A DNA stretch of 64,000 bases, from NCBI RefSeq assembly GCF_003334315.1, contig NZ_QOWR01000017.1; one strand, given 5' to 3'. Below, in pieces: positions 37,637 through 51,583 of this stretch; positions within the stretch are counted from its first letter, which is position 1, and every line of letters starts with the position of its first letter. The position numbers and the translations under genes were made by a program. This DNA is from Escherichia coli (GTDB taxonomy: Bacteria > Pseudomonadota > Gammaproteobacteria > Enterobacterales > Enterobacteriaceae). The notes beneath the pieces were generated by a model, which was not told where the DNA came from, ran no database searches, and saw only the letters and a program-made list of their open reading frames with translations.

Positions 37637-40600
37637 TTAAGCGATCGCGTTCTCTTCCAGTTCACGCATAAACTGGCGTACCCATTCGATACGCGTTTTC
37701 CGCTCACTCAAATCCTGAATAAATTTCAGGCGCGTCGGACCATCAAGGCGGTAATGCTGCGGCTGTTTTTGCAGCAAACCAATCAACCAGGCCGGATTAA
37801 CGTGATTCTTCTCGGCAAATTCGATCACCCCGCCTTTCTCATTACCTTCCAGCTTCCTGATCCCCAGTTTCTGCGCTTGCTGGCGCAGACGGGCAATATC
37901 CAGCAGGGTACGCGCCGGATCTGGCAGCAGGCCGAAGCGATCGATAAGCTCGACTTTGATCTCTTCCAGTTCGTTTTCCGTTTTGGCGCTGGCAATACGT
38001 TTGTAGAACGACAGACGCGTGTTCACGTCAGGGATGAAATCATCTGGCAATAGCGACGGCATCCGCAGCTCGACTTCTGTTTGCTGGCTGGTGAGATCTT
38101 CCAGCGACGGCTCGCGTCCGGCTTTCAGTGCATCGACGGCGTTTTCCAGCAACTCCATATACAGCGAGAAACCGATGGTTTCCATTGAGCCGCTTTGTTC
38201 TTCGCCAAGCAGTTCACCCGCGCCGCGAATCTCCAGATCGTGCGTTGCCAGCGCAAAACCTGACCCGAGATCTTCCAGCGAGGCAATTGCTTCAAGACGT
38301 TTTTGTGCATCGGTAGTCATCGCTTTTGGATGCGGTGTCAGCAACCATGCATATGCCTGATGATGCGAACGTCCGACGCGACCGCGTAACTGGTGCAGCT
38401 GCGCCAGACCGAAGTGATCCGCGCGTTCAATGATAATAGTGTTGGCTGTCGGGATGTCGATCCCGGTTTCGATAATGGTTGTACAAACCAGCACGTTGAA
38501 ACGTTGATGATGGAAATCATTCATCACCCGTTCCAGTTCGCGCTCGCGCATCTGCCCGTGACCGATGGCGATCCGCGCTTCTGGCACCAGTTCTGCCAGC
38601 CGTTCGGCGGCTTTCTGAATGTTTTCCACATCATTGTAGAGATAATAAACCTGTCCTCCGCGCAAAATTTCACGCAGGATCGCCTCCCGGACCACCATGC
38701 TGTCATACTCACGGACAAAGGTTTTAACTGCCAGACGACGGGCGGGCGGCGTGGCGATAATCGACAGGTCACGCATTCCGCTCATTGCCATATTCAGCGT
38801 ACGTGGGATCGGCGTTGCAGTAAGCGTCAGAATATCCACGTTCGCGCGCGTCGCTTTAATGCGCTCTTTATGACGCACCCCGAAGCGGTGTTCTTCATCG
38901 ACAATCAGCAGGCCTAAATCTTTAAACTTGACGTCACTTTGCAGCAGTTTGTGCGTACCGATCAGAATATCGATTTTCCCTTCCGCCACTTCCGCAAGGA
39001 TTTGCGTCTGCTCTTTGGCGCTGCGGAAACGGGAGATCATTTCGATACGTACCGGCCAGTTGGCGAAACGGTCGCGGAAGTTGTCGTAATGCTGCTGCGC
39101 GAGAAGGGTGGTAGGCACCAGCACCGCCACCTGCTTGTGGTTATCTACTGCCAGGAAAGCTGCGCGCATCGCCACTTCTGTTTTACCAAAGCCAACATCG
39201 CCGCACACCAGACGATCCATTGCCAGCGGCTGACACATGTCGCTAAGTACCGCATTAATGGCCTGCGCCTGATCCGGCGTGGTTTCAAACGGGAAGCTGT
39301 CGCAGAACAACTGATACTGCTCACGATCGTGTTTAAACGCGAAGCCCTCTTTGGCGGCGCGTTGCGCGTAGATATCCAGCAATTCCGCCGCCACATCACG
39401 CACTTTTTCCGCCGCTTTCTGCCGCGCGCGTGACCACGCATCGCCGCCAAGTTTATGCAGCGGGGCGTTTTCTTCCGCGCCACCTGCGTAACGGCTAATC
39501 AGATGCAGTGACGACACCGGAACATACAGTTTGGCGTCGTTGGCATAGGTGAGCATCAGATACTCGCCAGTAATGCCACCCGCTTCCAGCGTGGTCATTC
39601 CGGCATAACGACCGACGCCGTGCTCCAGATGGACCACCGGCTGACCAATATGCAGTTCCGCAAGGTTACGGATCAGTGTATCGGGGTTGATGGTGCGGCG
39701 AGAATCCTGACGACGACGGGCAACGCGTTCACCGAGCAGATCGCTTTCGCAAATCAGCGCCAGATTACGCACCGTATCGACAAAACCATGTTCGGCAGCG
39801 CCAATCATCAGATAACGCCCACGGTCGCTGGCTTCATCAAGACGCATAATGCGTTGCGGAGCAATTTTAATTCGTGCGAGCAGTTCACCCAGCGCTTCAC
39901 GGCGACCTTCACTTTCTACCGAGAACACCACCGGACCGTCGAAAGTCTCGAGGAACTTACGCAGCGCATCCAGCGGCGCTTTTTGTTGTGCCTGAACGGC
40001 CAGGTCTGGCAGTTTCTGGAAACCTAAATTGGCATTCGCGGCTTTTGTCGGTAAATGTTCAGTTTTTAGCTGCACCCGGGGCCAGTTTTTCAGCTCTGAG
40101 AAGAGCTCGTCCACCCGCAGCCAGAGCGATTGTGGTGGCAACAGCGGGCGCATCGGATCGACGCCGCGATTCTCAAAACGCGCCAGCGTGTCAGCCTGGA
40201 AACGTTCGGCACTGGTTTCCAGATCGCCAGTATTCACGAGCAAGGTATTGGCAGGGAAATAACTGAACAGCGGCGGCAGTGGTTCGCTGAAGAACAATGG
40301 CTGCCAGTACTCGATCCCGGCAGGTAATGTGCCTTTACTCACTTGCTGGTAAATATGTTCTGGATCGCGCTTCACTTCGAAGGTATCGCGCCACTGGCTG
40401 CGGAACAGTTCAATTGCCGCTTTATCGGTCGGAAATTCGTGCGCGGGCAGCAGATTGATCGCTTCTACTTCCTCCAGCGTGCGCTGGCTGTCGACGTCAA
40501 ACACCCGCAGGCTGTCGATTTCATCATCAAAGAAATCAAGACGATAAGGCAGCTCACTCCCCATCGGGAAGAGATCCAGCAACGCGCCGCGCGTGGCGTA

Positions 40601-41083
40601 TTCGCCGTGCTCCATCACCTGGTCAACATGGCGATAACCGGCGCTGTCCAGTTGGGTTCGTAATGCATCTCGTGACAGGCGCTGACCTTTTTTCATCACC
40701 AGCGCATGACCGTGGAGAAAACTGTGTGGGCAAACGCGCTGCATAAGCGTATTCACCGGAACAATCAGTACGCCACGCTGCATCGTCGGTAGCTGGTAAA
40801 GGGTGGAAAGGCGCGAGGAGATAATGTCCTGATGAGGCGAAAAACTGTCGTAGGGAAGAGTTTCCCAGTCCGCCAGATTCATCACCATTTGATCGGTAAA
40901 CTGGCTGATTTCATCATGCAAACGCAGAGCATTTTGCATATCTGGTGCAATGAGTACCACCGGACCGGCGTGACGTTCGGCAATTTCCGCTACCAGCGTT
41001 GCACAGGCTGCGCCGGTTAACTCGCCCAGCAGACGCTGCTCACCCGCTTTGACGGGCAGCGTATAACGATATTGTTCAGGCAT
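37637..41083 (-). CDS. mfd: Transcription-repair coupling factor Mfd
   Basis: ORF 37637..41146; start taken at MPEQYRYTLPVKAGEQ (1148 aa); Walker A GDVGFGKTEV, DEEH box. Confidence 0.96.
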   Translation of the reverse strand: MPEQYRYTLPVKAGEQRLLGELTGAACATLVAEIAERHAGPVVLIAPDMQNALRLHDEISQFTDQMVMNLADWETLPYDSFSPHQDIISSRLSTLYQLPTMQRGVLIVPVNTLMQRVCPHSFLHGHALVMKKGQRLSRDALRTQLDSAGYRHVDQVMEHGEYATRGALLDLFPMGSELPYRLDFFDDEIDSLRVFDVDSQRTLEEVEAINLLPAHEFPTDKAAIELFRSQWRDTFEVKRDPEHIYQQVSKGTLPAGIEYWQPLFFSEPLPPLFSYFPANTLLVNTGDLETSAERFQADTLARFENRGVDPMRPLLPPQSLWLRVDELFSELKNWPRVQLKTEHLPTKAANANLGFQKLPDLAVQAQQKAPLDALRKFLETFDGPVVFSVESEGRREALGELLARIKIAPQRIMRLDEASDRGRYLMIGAAEHGFVDTVRNLALICESDLLGERVARRRQDSRRTINPDTLIRNLAELHIGQPVVHLEHGVGRYAGMTTLEAGGITGEYLMLTYANDAKLYVPVSSLHLISRYAGGAEENAPLHKLGGDAWSRARQKAAEKVRDVAAELLDIYAQRAAKEGFAFKHDREQYQLFCDSFPFETTPDQAQAINAVLSDMCQPLAMDRLVCGDVGFGKTEVAMRAAFLAVDNHKQVAVLVPTTLLAQQHYDNFRDRFANWPVRIEMISRFRSAKEQTQILAEVAEGKIDILIGTHKLLQSDVKFKDLGLLIVDEEHRFGVRHKERIKATRANVDILTLTATPIPRTLNMAMSGMRDLSIIATPPARRLAVKTFVREYDSMVVREAILREILRGGQVYYLYNDVENIQKAAERLAELVPEARIAIGHGQMRERELERVMNDFHHQRFNVLVCTTIIETGIDIPTANTIIIERADHFGLAQLHQLRGRVGRSHHQAYAWLLTPHPKAMTTDAQKRLEAIASLEDLGSGFALATHDLEIRGAGELLGEEQSGSMETIGFSLYMELLENAVDALKAGREPSLEDLTSQQTEVELRMPSLLPDDFIPDVNTRLSFYKRIASAKTENELEEIKVELIDRFGLLPDPARTLLDIARLRQQAQKLGIRKLEGNEKGGVIEFAEKNHVNPAWLIGLLQKQPQHYRLDGPTRLKFIQDLSERKTRIEWVRQFMRELEENAIA

Positions 41084-41210
41084 AACGGTTGTCAGATTCT
41101 CGTTAGGATATGCCTCAACATATGGGGGCATATCTCTGATAAGCAATGCTGTTCATTATCCGTAATCGACATGGTTTAGCAAATTGAATCGCCCCGGCTG
41201 GGGCGATGGC

Positions 41211-42275
41211 TTAGCGGGAGTAACTGACGGCAGCGGGCAGTGAAGGCGGGGAGAACAACAGATCGCTGAATGCACGCTGTGAAAGTTTTCTTACCAGCAA
41301 GCCCGCAACAGTACAGATGAACAAACTGACAAAGGGATAAACCAGCAGGAGTGTCAGTTCGACTTGCGGCGACCAGCGTGCTGCGTTCATTTGCGCAAGC
41401 AGAGTTAAGCTGAATATTTCAACCAGAATGCGATGGGTGGTGTAGATAGCAATGGTGTTGGAGCCAATCACATTCAGCAGGCTGGTGGAGCGCATACCGA
41501 ATCGTTGCTCGTATTGATAAAACAGCTTCATGATCACCACAATCGATACCAGCGACAACAGCAGCGAGATAGTAAACAACCAGGCACCGACCGCCAGAAC
41601 GGTAAGCAAAGAAGCCATCAGCAGATGGCGGCGCAACGGCACCTCTTTAACACAGGTCATTATTGTTGCGCCAAACCATGCGCCAAGGCTGTAATAAGGC
41701 AAATTGCGGATCACACTGTTCATTCCCCACCACGGCGTGGGAACGAAATTAACCGCCACACTCAGCAGTACAAACAAGGCGAATAGTGGCAGCGCCAGAC
41801 GGCTAAAAATTTTACATACCACGAAATAGACAATTAACGCATACAGATACCACAAGCTGGTGCTGGCGGTGATCATCCCGTGCAGGAACTCACCGGTGGA
41901 ATCGGCATAAGCGGCATTGCTTAAATCGCGCTCAGGTGCCAGCCACTGGTTCAGCGCACTTAACGCCAGCCACTGCACCACGCCCCAAAGCGCCAGCACC
42001 CAGAAGATGTTCCAGATCCGTTTATCGAGACAATTTCCCCACGGTACGCTGTCGATATAGCGGCGAATCAAATAGCCGGATATAAAGAAAAAAACCGGCA
42101 TACGAAAGGGGGCAAGGTAAAGATTGAAATAGATCCAGCATTTGCTCAGGACTTCCGATAACGGATGCTGAAAAGTGGTCAGATGCGGATAAAAGGTAAT
42201 GACCGAGTGATAAATCACCACCAGACAAATACATAACCCTTTGATCTGGTTAATCCATAGCTCTTTTTGTTTCAT
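41211..42275 (-). CDS. ycfT: Acyltransferase-3 family inner-membrane protein YcfT
   Basis: 354-aa ORF, multi-pass hydrophobic; position between mfd and lolC. Confidence 0.85.
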   Translation of the reverse strand: MKQKELWINQIKGLCICLVVIYHSVITFYPHLTTFQHPLSEVLSKCWIYFNLYLAPFRMPVFFFISGYLIRRYIDSVPWGNCLDKRIWNIFWVLALWGVVQWLALSALNQWLAPERDLSNAAYADSTGEFLHGMITASTSLWYLYALIVYFVVCKIFSRLALPLFALFVLLSVAVNFVPTPWWGMNSVIRNLPYYSLGAWFGATIMTCVKEVPLRRHLLMASLLTVLAVGAWLFTISLLLSLVSIVVIMKLFYQYEQRFGMRSTSLLNVIGSNTIAIYTTHRILVEIFSLTLLAQMNAARWSPQVELTLLLVYPFVSLFICTVAGLLVRKLSQRAFSDLLFSPPSLPAAVSYSR

Positions 42276-42425
42276 CAGGACAACACGCTCTTTTTTAATT
42301 TACATGCGGTTGATCCTGCGGGTTATGACCCGAGGTGTAATGGGTATCTGTCTGTATTGGATGATTTTTCAGATTAAGATCAGGCGGCAAGATTGATGAT
42401 AAAACATGGCAATTTAGCCGATTGA

Positions 42426-45674
<3,249 letters not shown>

Positions 45675-45702
45675 AGGCAGTACATTAAAACAAGGAGCGG
45701 CA

Positions 45703-46614
45703 ATGTATTACGGGTTTGATATTGGTGGAACAAAAATTGCGCTTGGCGTGTTTGATAGCGGTCGGCAGTTGCAGTGGGAAAAGCGGGTGCCGACACCGCG
45801 TGACAGCTATGACGCATTTTTAGATGCAGTGTGTGAGCTGGTAGCTGAAGCTGACCAACGTTTTGGCTGTAAAGGTTCTGTCGGCATCGGTATTCCGGGA
45901 ATGCCGGAAACAGAAGATGGTACGCTGTATGCCGCCAATGTCCCCGCTGCCAGCGGTAAACCGCTGCGTGCCGACCTGAGCGCACGTCTTGATCGCGATG
46001 TACGCCTTGATAACGATGCCAACTGTTTTGCCCTTTCAGAAGCCTGGGATGATGAATTTACTCAATATCCACTGGTGATGGGGTTGATTCTCGGCACCGG
46101 TGTTGGCGGCGGGCTGATTTTCAACGGCAAACCGATTACCGGTAAAAGCTACATTACCGGCGAGTTTGGCCATATGCGTCTGCCGGTTGATGCGTTAACC
46201 ATGATGGGGTTGGATTTCCCGTTACGCCGCTGCGGCTGTGGTCAGCATGGCTGCATTGAAAATTATCTGTCTGGTCGCGGTTTTGCGTGGCTGTATCAAC
46301 ACTATTATCATCAACCGTTGCAGGCTCCCGAAATTATTGCGCTTTATGATCAAGGCGATGAGCAGGCAAGGGCGCACGTTGAGCGTTATCTGGATTTATT
46401 AGCGGTTTGTCTGGGAAATATCCTGACCATCGTTGACCCTGACCTGGTCGTCATTGGTGGTGGCTTATCGAATTTCCCGGCAATCACAGCGCAACTGGCG
46501 GACAGGCTGCCTCGTCATCTCTTACCTGTAGCTCGTGTTCCGCGCATTGAACGCGCGCGCCACGGTGATGCGGGAGGAATGCGTGGTGCGGCCTTCCTAC
46601 ATCTAACCGATTAA
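45703..46614 (+). CDS. nagK: N-acetyl-D-glucosamine kinase NagK
   Basis: ORF 45643..46614; start taken at [15 protein letters not shown] (303 aa); ROK family. Confidence 0.93.
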   Translation: MYYGFDIGGTKIALGVFDSGRQLQWEKRVPTPRDSYDAFLDAVCELVAEADQRFGCKGSVGIGIPGMPETEDGTLYAANVPAASGKPLRADLSARLDRDVRLDNDANCFALSEAWDDEFTQYPLVMGLILGTGVGGGLIFNGKPITGKSYITGEFGHMRLPVDALTMMGLDFPLRRCGCGQHGCIENYLSGRGFAWLYQHYYHQPLQAPEIIALYDQGDEQARAHVERYLDLLAVCLGNILTIVDPDLVVIGGGLSNFPAITAQLADRLPRHLLPVARVPRIERARHGDAGGMRGAAFLHLTD

Positions 46615-46629
46615 ACAACAGAGGTTGCT

Positions 46630-47469
46630 ATGCTGTCGCGTCGGGGTCATCGGTTAAGTCGTTTTCGTAAAAATAAACGCCGCCTGCGCGAGCGTTTGCG
46701 TCAGCGTATTTTTTTCAGAGATAAAGTGGTGCCGGAAGCAATGGAAAAACCAAGAGTACTCGTACTGACAGGGGCAGGAATTTCTGCGGAATCAGGTATT
46801 CGTACCTTTCGCGCCGCAGATGGCCTGTGGGAAGAACATCGGGTTGAAGATGTGGCAACGCCGGAAGGTTTCGATCGCGATCCTGAACTGGTGCAAGCGT
46901 TTTATAACGCCCGTCGTCGACAGCTGCAGCAGCCAGAAATTCAGCCTAACGCCGCGCATCTTGCGCTGGCTAAACTGCAAGACGCCCTCGGCGATCGCTT
47001 TTTGCTGGTGACGCAGAATATCGACAACCTGCATGAACGCGCAGGTAATACCAATGTGATTCATATGCATGGGGAACTGCTGAAAGTTCGTTGTTCACAA
47101 AGTGGTCAGGTTCTCGACTGGACAGGAGACGTTACCCCAGAAGATAAATGCCATTGTTGCCAGTTTCCGGCACCCTTGCGCCCGCACGTAGTGTGGTTTG
47201 GCGAAATGCCACTCGGCATGGATGAAATTTATATGGCGTTGTCGATGGCCGATATTTTCATTGCCATTGGCACATCCGGGCATGTTTATCCGGCGGCTGG
47301 GTTTGTTCACGAAGCGAAACTGCATGGCGCGCACACCGTGGAACTGAATCTTGAACCGAGTCAGGTTGGTAATGAATTTGCCGAGAAATATTACGGCCCG
47401 GCAAGCCAGGTGGTGCCTGAGTTTGTTGAAAAGTTGCTGAAGGGATTAAAAGCGGGAAGCATTGCCTGA
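46630..47469 (+). CDS. cobB: NAD-dependent protein deacylase CobB (sirtuin), long isoform
   Basis: 279-aa ORF with Arg-rich N-terminal extension, then the sirtuin core ([10 protein letters not shown]...). Confidence 0.94.
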   Translation: MLSRRGHRLSRFRKNKRRLRERLRQRIFFRDKVVPEAMEKPRVLVLTGAGISAESGIRTFRAADGLWEEHRVEDVATPEGFDRDPELVQAFYNARRRQLQQPEIQPNAAHLALAKLQDALGDRFLLVTQNIDNLHERAGNTNVIHMHGELLKVRCSQSGQVLDWTGDVTPEDKCHCCQFPAPLRPHVVWFGEMPLGMDEIYMALSMADIFIAIGTSGHVYPAAGFVHEAKLHGAHTVELNLEPSQVGNEFAEKYYGPASQVVPEFVEKLLKGLKAGSIA

Positions 47470-47560
47470 TGCACTACGCTTATCAGGCCTGCAAGGGGAC
47501 GCAATTAATTGAATTTGCGGGTTTTGTGGGCCGGATAAGGCGTTCGCGCCCCATCCGGCA
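47464..47560. repeat. REP/BIME elements downstream of cobB
   Basis: gcctgatgcactacgcttatcaggcct and gggccggataaggcgttcgcgccccatccggca. Confidence 0.75.
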
Positions 47561-47588
47561 TAATACACGCGCACTTTTCCGGCCTCTT

Positions 47589-48376
47589 TTATCGTTTACT
47601 CGTCAATAACAATGCGGCAATAAACGTACAGACACCAATTAGCCCTGCCCAGAGTGGCGATATTCTGGTAATCGCAAAGCTATTATCGATATACAAACAT
47701 AAAGCCTGATAACCCATATTGGCAATAGTCATCGCCACTGCAAATTTTAACGCATAAATAAAACGAGTCGTGTAGTAAAAGATCCTGGAAAATAAGATAA
47801 ACGTCGCAGCCCAGGCGATAAAACCTAATGTGTTGGTGCTGCCGGGGGGAGCATTTTCATGCTGTTGTCCTGGATGCGGATAATACGTTAGTGGCGGCGT
47901 CGATTGTTTTAATATCTGTGCTTGTAGAACAGCCAATGCATTATTGATTCCCTGATACCAGAGATCTGCATTTAAATAAGCCAGCGTGTGATTTTCTATC
48001 AGAAGGCCGAGATGTTTATCGTCCAGACCACTTTCAACCTGGCCGTTGGTGATCATAATTAACCGTGGTTCGCGGGTAGTAAATAGTAACAGAACACTTC
48101 CTTTTACATCACTCAATGAAGATGACGCATGCGCCAGCATCGCTTTACCATTTTGTCTGAGACTGGCTTCATTATTAATGTCGGGTAAAACCACAATAAA
48201 CGGTGCAATTCCCGTTTGTTGGCGAAAAAGCTCGGCTTATGCGCGATCTCTTCAGCATCTGGTACAGTACCGGTAACGTCCGTAAAAAGTGTCTTCATTA
48301 TTGGAATTAATGGCTTGCTGGCTGCTGTCAGAGGCAGGAGTATCAGTAAACTGAGCAGTATAATGAATTTTTTCAT
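47589..48376 (-). pseudogene. ycfZ: ycfZ, inner-membrane protein gene apparently disrupted by a -1 frameshift
   Basis: N-terminal ORF 48113..48376 (signal peptide [22 protein letters not shown]...) and C-terminal ORF 47589..48194 are in different frames; the second frame reads ...AELFRQQTGIAPFIVVLPDINNEASL... straight through the junction after a TAA, so a single base missing near 48238-48240 would join them into a 262-aa protein. Confidence 0.7.
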
Positions 48377-48843
48377 GGGCGGGACTTCCGTTTCCTGCGT
48401 GATTTTTTAGAGGAGGGCATACTTATTAATAAACCGACGGCGATAAAAATAACGCCCATAATGCCGATAAACCCCCATTTAAAAAAATTAACCCACGGGT
48501 TATTTATCTCAGCCTTTTCAGGATGCCCGGGAGAATAATAAACATTAACTTTATCGCCTTCGCTGTCTTCATAAAAATCGCTGCCGATACTCGAATTGAA
48601 AATTAGCGTGTAATCTGGCGTCGGTCGAAAGGCAACGACGGGATACCACGAACCATCTTTACCCGTGCGATGAGAATGACTGGAGTGCCAGACGGTATCA
48701 ACAATGACGCCTTCGGTATGAATCGCGTCTTTGCTATAGGTGAACTGGTTATAAAAGACAACAACAGAAATGAGGATCAGTACCAGACCGATACCGAGGA
48801 ATATACGAAAGAAAACTTTACTGTCCTGACTCATTAGCCACAT
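48373..48843 (-). CDS. ymfA: Inner-membrane protein YmfA
   Basis: 156-aa ORF (reference-like start may be 9 nt downstream); two TM segments. Confidence 0.85.
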
Positions 48844-48844
48844 C

Positions 48845-48873
48845 CTTGCTAACTAAAAAACGGGCGGTAATAC
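48845..48873 (-). terminator. Rho-independent terminator after potD
   Basis: Minus-strand hairpin agcgggcggtggtattaccgcccg followed by ttttttag. Confidence 0.75.
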
Positions 48874-48891
48874 CACCGCCCGCTTGCTGAA

Positions 48892-49938
48892 TTAACGTCC
48901 TGCTTTCAGCTTCTGATAATACTCTTCATAAATGCTGCTGGCTGCGCCAACGTCATTCTGCCATTCGCCATTTTTAATGGTTTCAGCATCCGGGTAGAGC
49001 GTTTTATCGTTCGCCACTTCCGGGCTTAACAGCTTACGCGCCGCAAGGTTTGGCGTTGGATAACCGATAGTTTCGGCAACCTGTTTTGCCACATCCGGGC
49101 GCAGCAGGAAGTTGATCAATTTCAGCGCGCCTTCTTTGTTTTTGGCATTTGCCGGGATCGCCAGGCTGTCCATCCAGAAAATGCCGCCTTCTTTCGGCCA
49201 TACCACGTCAATTGGCGTACCCGCCTGGCGTGCAACGAAAGCAGAACCGTTCCAGATCATGCCGAGGTTAACTTCGCCTTCCATGTACGGGTTAGCCGGG
49301 TTATCGGAGTTAAAGGCTGCCACGTTTGGCATCAGTTTTTTCAGCTCGTTATATGCAGCTTCAATCTCTTTCGGATCGGTGGTGTTACCGGAGTAGCCCA
49401 GCTTACGCAGCGCCATCTGGAACACTTCACGGGCATCGTCGGTCAACAGCAGGCTGCCTTTGTACTCAGGCTTCCACAGATCGGCCCAGCTGGTGACAGA
49501 TTTCGGATCCACCGCATCACCGTTAACACCAATCGCCGTCGCACCCCAGATATACGGAATGGAGTAATCGTTATTCGGGTCAAACGGCTTATTGAGCATG
49601 TCTGGATCGAGATTGCTGAAGTTCGTTAACTTCGACTTGTCGATCTTCTGGATCATCCCTTCTTTACGCATTTTATCGACGTAATAGGTTGAAGGAACCA
49701 CCAGGTCATAGGCACCGTCTTTGTACGTTTTCAGCTTGGCATACATGGTTTCGTTCGACTCGTAAGTCGAATAGATAACCTTAATACCGGTTTCTTTGGT
49801 GAACTGTTCAAGCAGTCCTGGCGGCACGTACTCGGTCCAGTTGTAGAAATACAGCGTGTTGTTGTCATCGGCGTGAGCGGCGCTCATGCCCAGTGCCAGA
49901 GCACCCGCCGCGAGCAGGTGGCGTGACCATTTTTTCAT
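48892..49938 (-). CDS. potD: Spermidine/putrescine ABC transporter periplasmic binding protein PotD
   Basis: 348-aa ORF with signal peptide. Confidence 0.95.
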   Translation of the reverse strand: MKKWSRHLLAAGALALGMSAAHADDNNTLYFYNWTEYVPPGLLEQFTKETGIKVIYSTYESNETMYAKLKTYKDGAYDLVVPSTYYVDKMRKEGMIQKIDKSKLTNFSNLDPDMLNKPFDPNNDYSIPYIWGATAIGVNGDAVDPKSVTSWADLWKPEYKGSLLLTDDAREVFQMALRKLGYSGNTTDPKEIEAAYNELKKLMPNVAAFNSDNPANPYMEGEVNLGMIWNGSAFVARQAGTPIDVVWPKEGGIFWMDSLAIPANAKNKEGALKLINFLLRPDVAKQVAETIGYPTPNLAARKLLSPEVANDKTLYPDAETIKNGEWQNDVGAASSIYEEYYQKLKAGR

Positions 49939-50729
49939 TTAACGTCCCCTGTGTTACCTTTCGTTTTATCACGAGCAATAAGCTGGCTGGCAATAACCAT
50001 CACCAGCGACAGCACCAGTAATATGGTTGCCAGCGCGTTAACTTCCGGCGATACGCCGACTTTGACCATCGAATAAATTTTTAACGGCAGAATTTCATAA
50101 CTTGGTCCGGTGACGAACGAAGAAACTACCACATCGTCCATCGACAGGGTAAAGCTTAACACCCAGCCCGCCGCCACCGCTGGCATTGCCAGTGGCAGAA
50201 TGATTTTTCGCAGAATGGTAAATTCGCTGGCACCGAGATCTTTCGCCGCTTCCAGCATCCGCACGTCAAAACCTTTCAGGCGCGAATACACCGTCACCAC
50301 CACAAATGGCAGGCAGAAGGTGATATGCGAGAACAGCAGCGACCAGAAGCCAAGCTGAATACCCAGCAGCATAAACAGCACCAGCAGCGAAATTGCCATC
50401 ACGATATCTGGTGACATCATTACCACAAACAGCATTCCGCTAACGAACGGCTTACCGCGAAAGCGATAACGGTACAGCGCAACTGCCGTCAGTGAACCGA
50501 TAAGCGTAGCAAACGTCGCCGAAAACACCGCCATTGTTAGTGAATGCTGCGCTGCCTGTAACAGGCTGTCGTTGTTCATCAGCAGGCTATACCATTTGGT
50601 GGTAAAACCCTGCCAGTTGATGCCAAAGCGCGAGCTGTTAAAGGAGTTCACAATCAAAATAATGATTGGGATATACAGGTACGCGTAGATAGCGGTCATA
50701 AAACCGCCGCGAAGCAGTCGACCGATCAT
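49935..50729 (-). CDS. potC: Spermidine/putrescine ABC transporter permease PotC
   Basis: 264-aa ORF; 4-nt overlaps with potB and potD. Confidence 0.95.
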   Translation of the reverse strand: MIGRLLRGGFMTAIYAYLYIPIIILIVNSFNSSRFGINWQGFTTKWYSLLMNNDSLLQAAQHSLTMAVFSATFATLIGSLTAVALYRYRFRGKPFVSGMLFVVMMSPDIVMAISLLVLFMLLGIQLGFWSLLFSHITFCLPFVVVTVYSRLKGFDVRMLEAAKDLGASEFTILRKIILPLAMPAVAAGWVLSFTLSMDDVVVSSFVTGPSYEILPLKIYSMVKVGVSPEVNALATILLVLSLVMVIASQLIARDKTKGNTGDVK

Positions 50730-51583
50730 TCGAGTTCCACCTTTTTATTCAGCAGACGAGAAGCGCGCCAGTAAACCAGCAACATCAGGCCCATTACGAT
50801 AGTCAGCGTAATGCTGGTGGCTGCACCAAACGGCCAGTCACGAATATTGAGGAACTGTACCTTGATGACGTTACCGATCAGCAGGTTTTTCGCACCGCCC
50901 ATCAGGTCGGACACATAGAACAGGCCCATCGCTGGCAGCATCACCAGCAGACATCCGGCAATAATTCCCGGCATCGTCAGTGGAATAATGATACGGATAA
51001 AAGTCTGTAACTTGCTGGCACCGAGATCGCGCGCCGCCTCAAGCAACGGCTTATCCAGTTTTTCGATACTGGAGTACAGCGGCATCACCATAAACGGTAG
51101 CAGAATGTAAACCAGACCGATAATCACCGCACTGGGCGTGAACATGATACGAATTGGTGTGTCGATAACGCCCAGCCAGAGCAAAAACTCGTTGAGATAG
51201 CCTTTGGTGCTGAGGAAAATTTTCAGCCCGTAGATGCGAATCAGTGAGTTGGTCCAGAAGGGAACAATCAGCAGAAACAGCAGCAGCGGACGCACCTTGT
51301 GTGGTAGCTTCGCCAGAAACCAGGCAAACGGGTAGCCCAGCACCAGGCAGGCGAGGGTGGCGATCAGCGCCATATTCAGCGAGTGCAATAGCACTTCAAA
51401 ATAGAGCGGATCGAGCAGACGCGTGTAGTTATCCAGCGTAAAGACCATTTTGACGAAACTGGCGTCGTCGCGGGTCAAAAAGCTGGTGCCAATGATCATC
51501 AGGTTGGGCAGAAAGACAAACAACACAAGCCAACCGACAATAGTGACAATCACTACATTCTGGAACTTACTTGTGTTCTTCAT
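50726..51583 (-). CDS. potB: Spermidine/putrescine ABC transporter permease PotB
   Basis: 285-aa ORF (alternative GTG start at 51553 would give 275 aa). Confidence 0.93.
   Translation of the reverse strand: MKNTSKFQNVVIVTIVGWLVLFVFLPNLMIIGTSFLTRDDASFVKMVFTLDNYTRLLDPLYFEVLLHSLNMALIATLACLVLGYPFAWFLAKLPHKVRPLLLFLLIVPFWTNSLIRIYGLKIFLSTKGYLNEFLLWLGVIDTPIRIMFTPSAVIIGLVYILLPFMVMPLYSSIEKLDKPLLEAARDLGASKLQTFIRIIIPLTMPGIIAGCLLVMLPAMGLFYVSDLMGGAKNLLIGNVIKVQFLNIRDWPFGAATSITLTIVMGLMLLVYWRASRLLNKKVELE

Noticed and set aside
38393-40663. Several 60-175-aa plus-strand ORFs inside mfd
   Set aside because: All are antisense to the 1148-aa mfd coding sequence; shadow ORFs.
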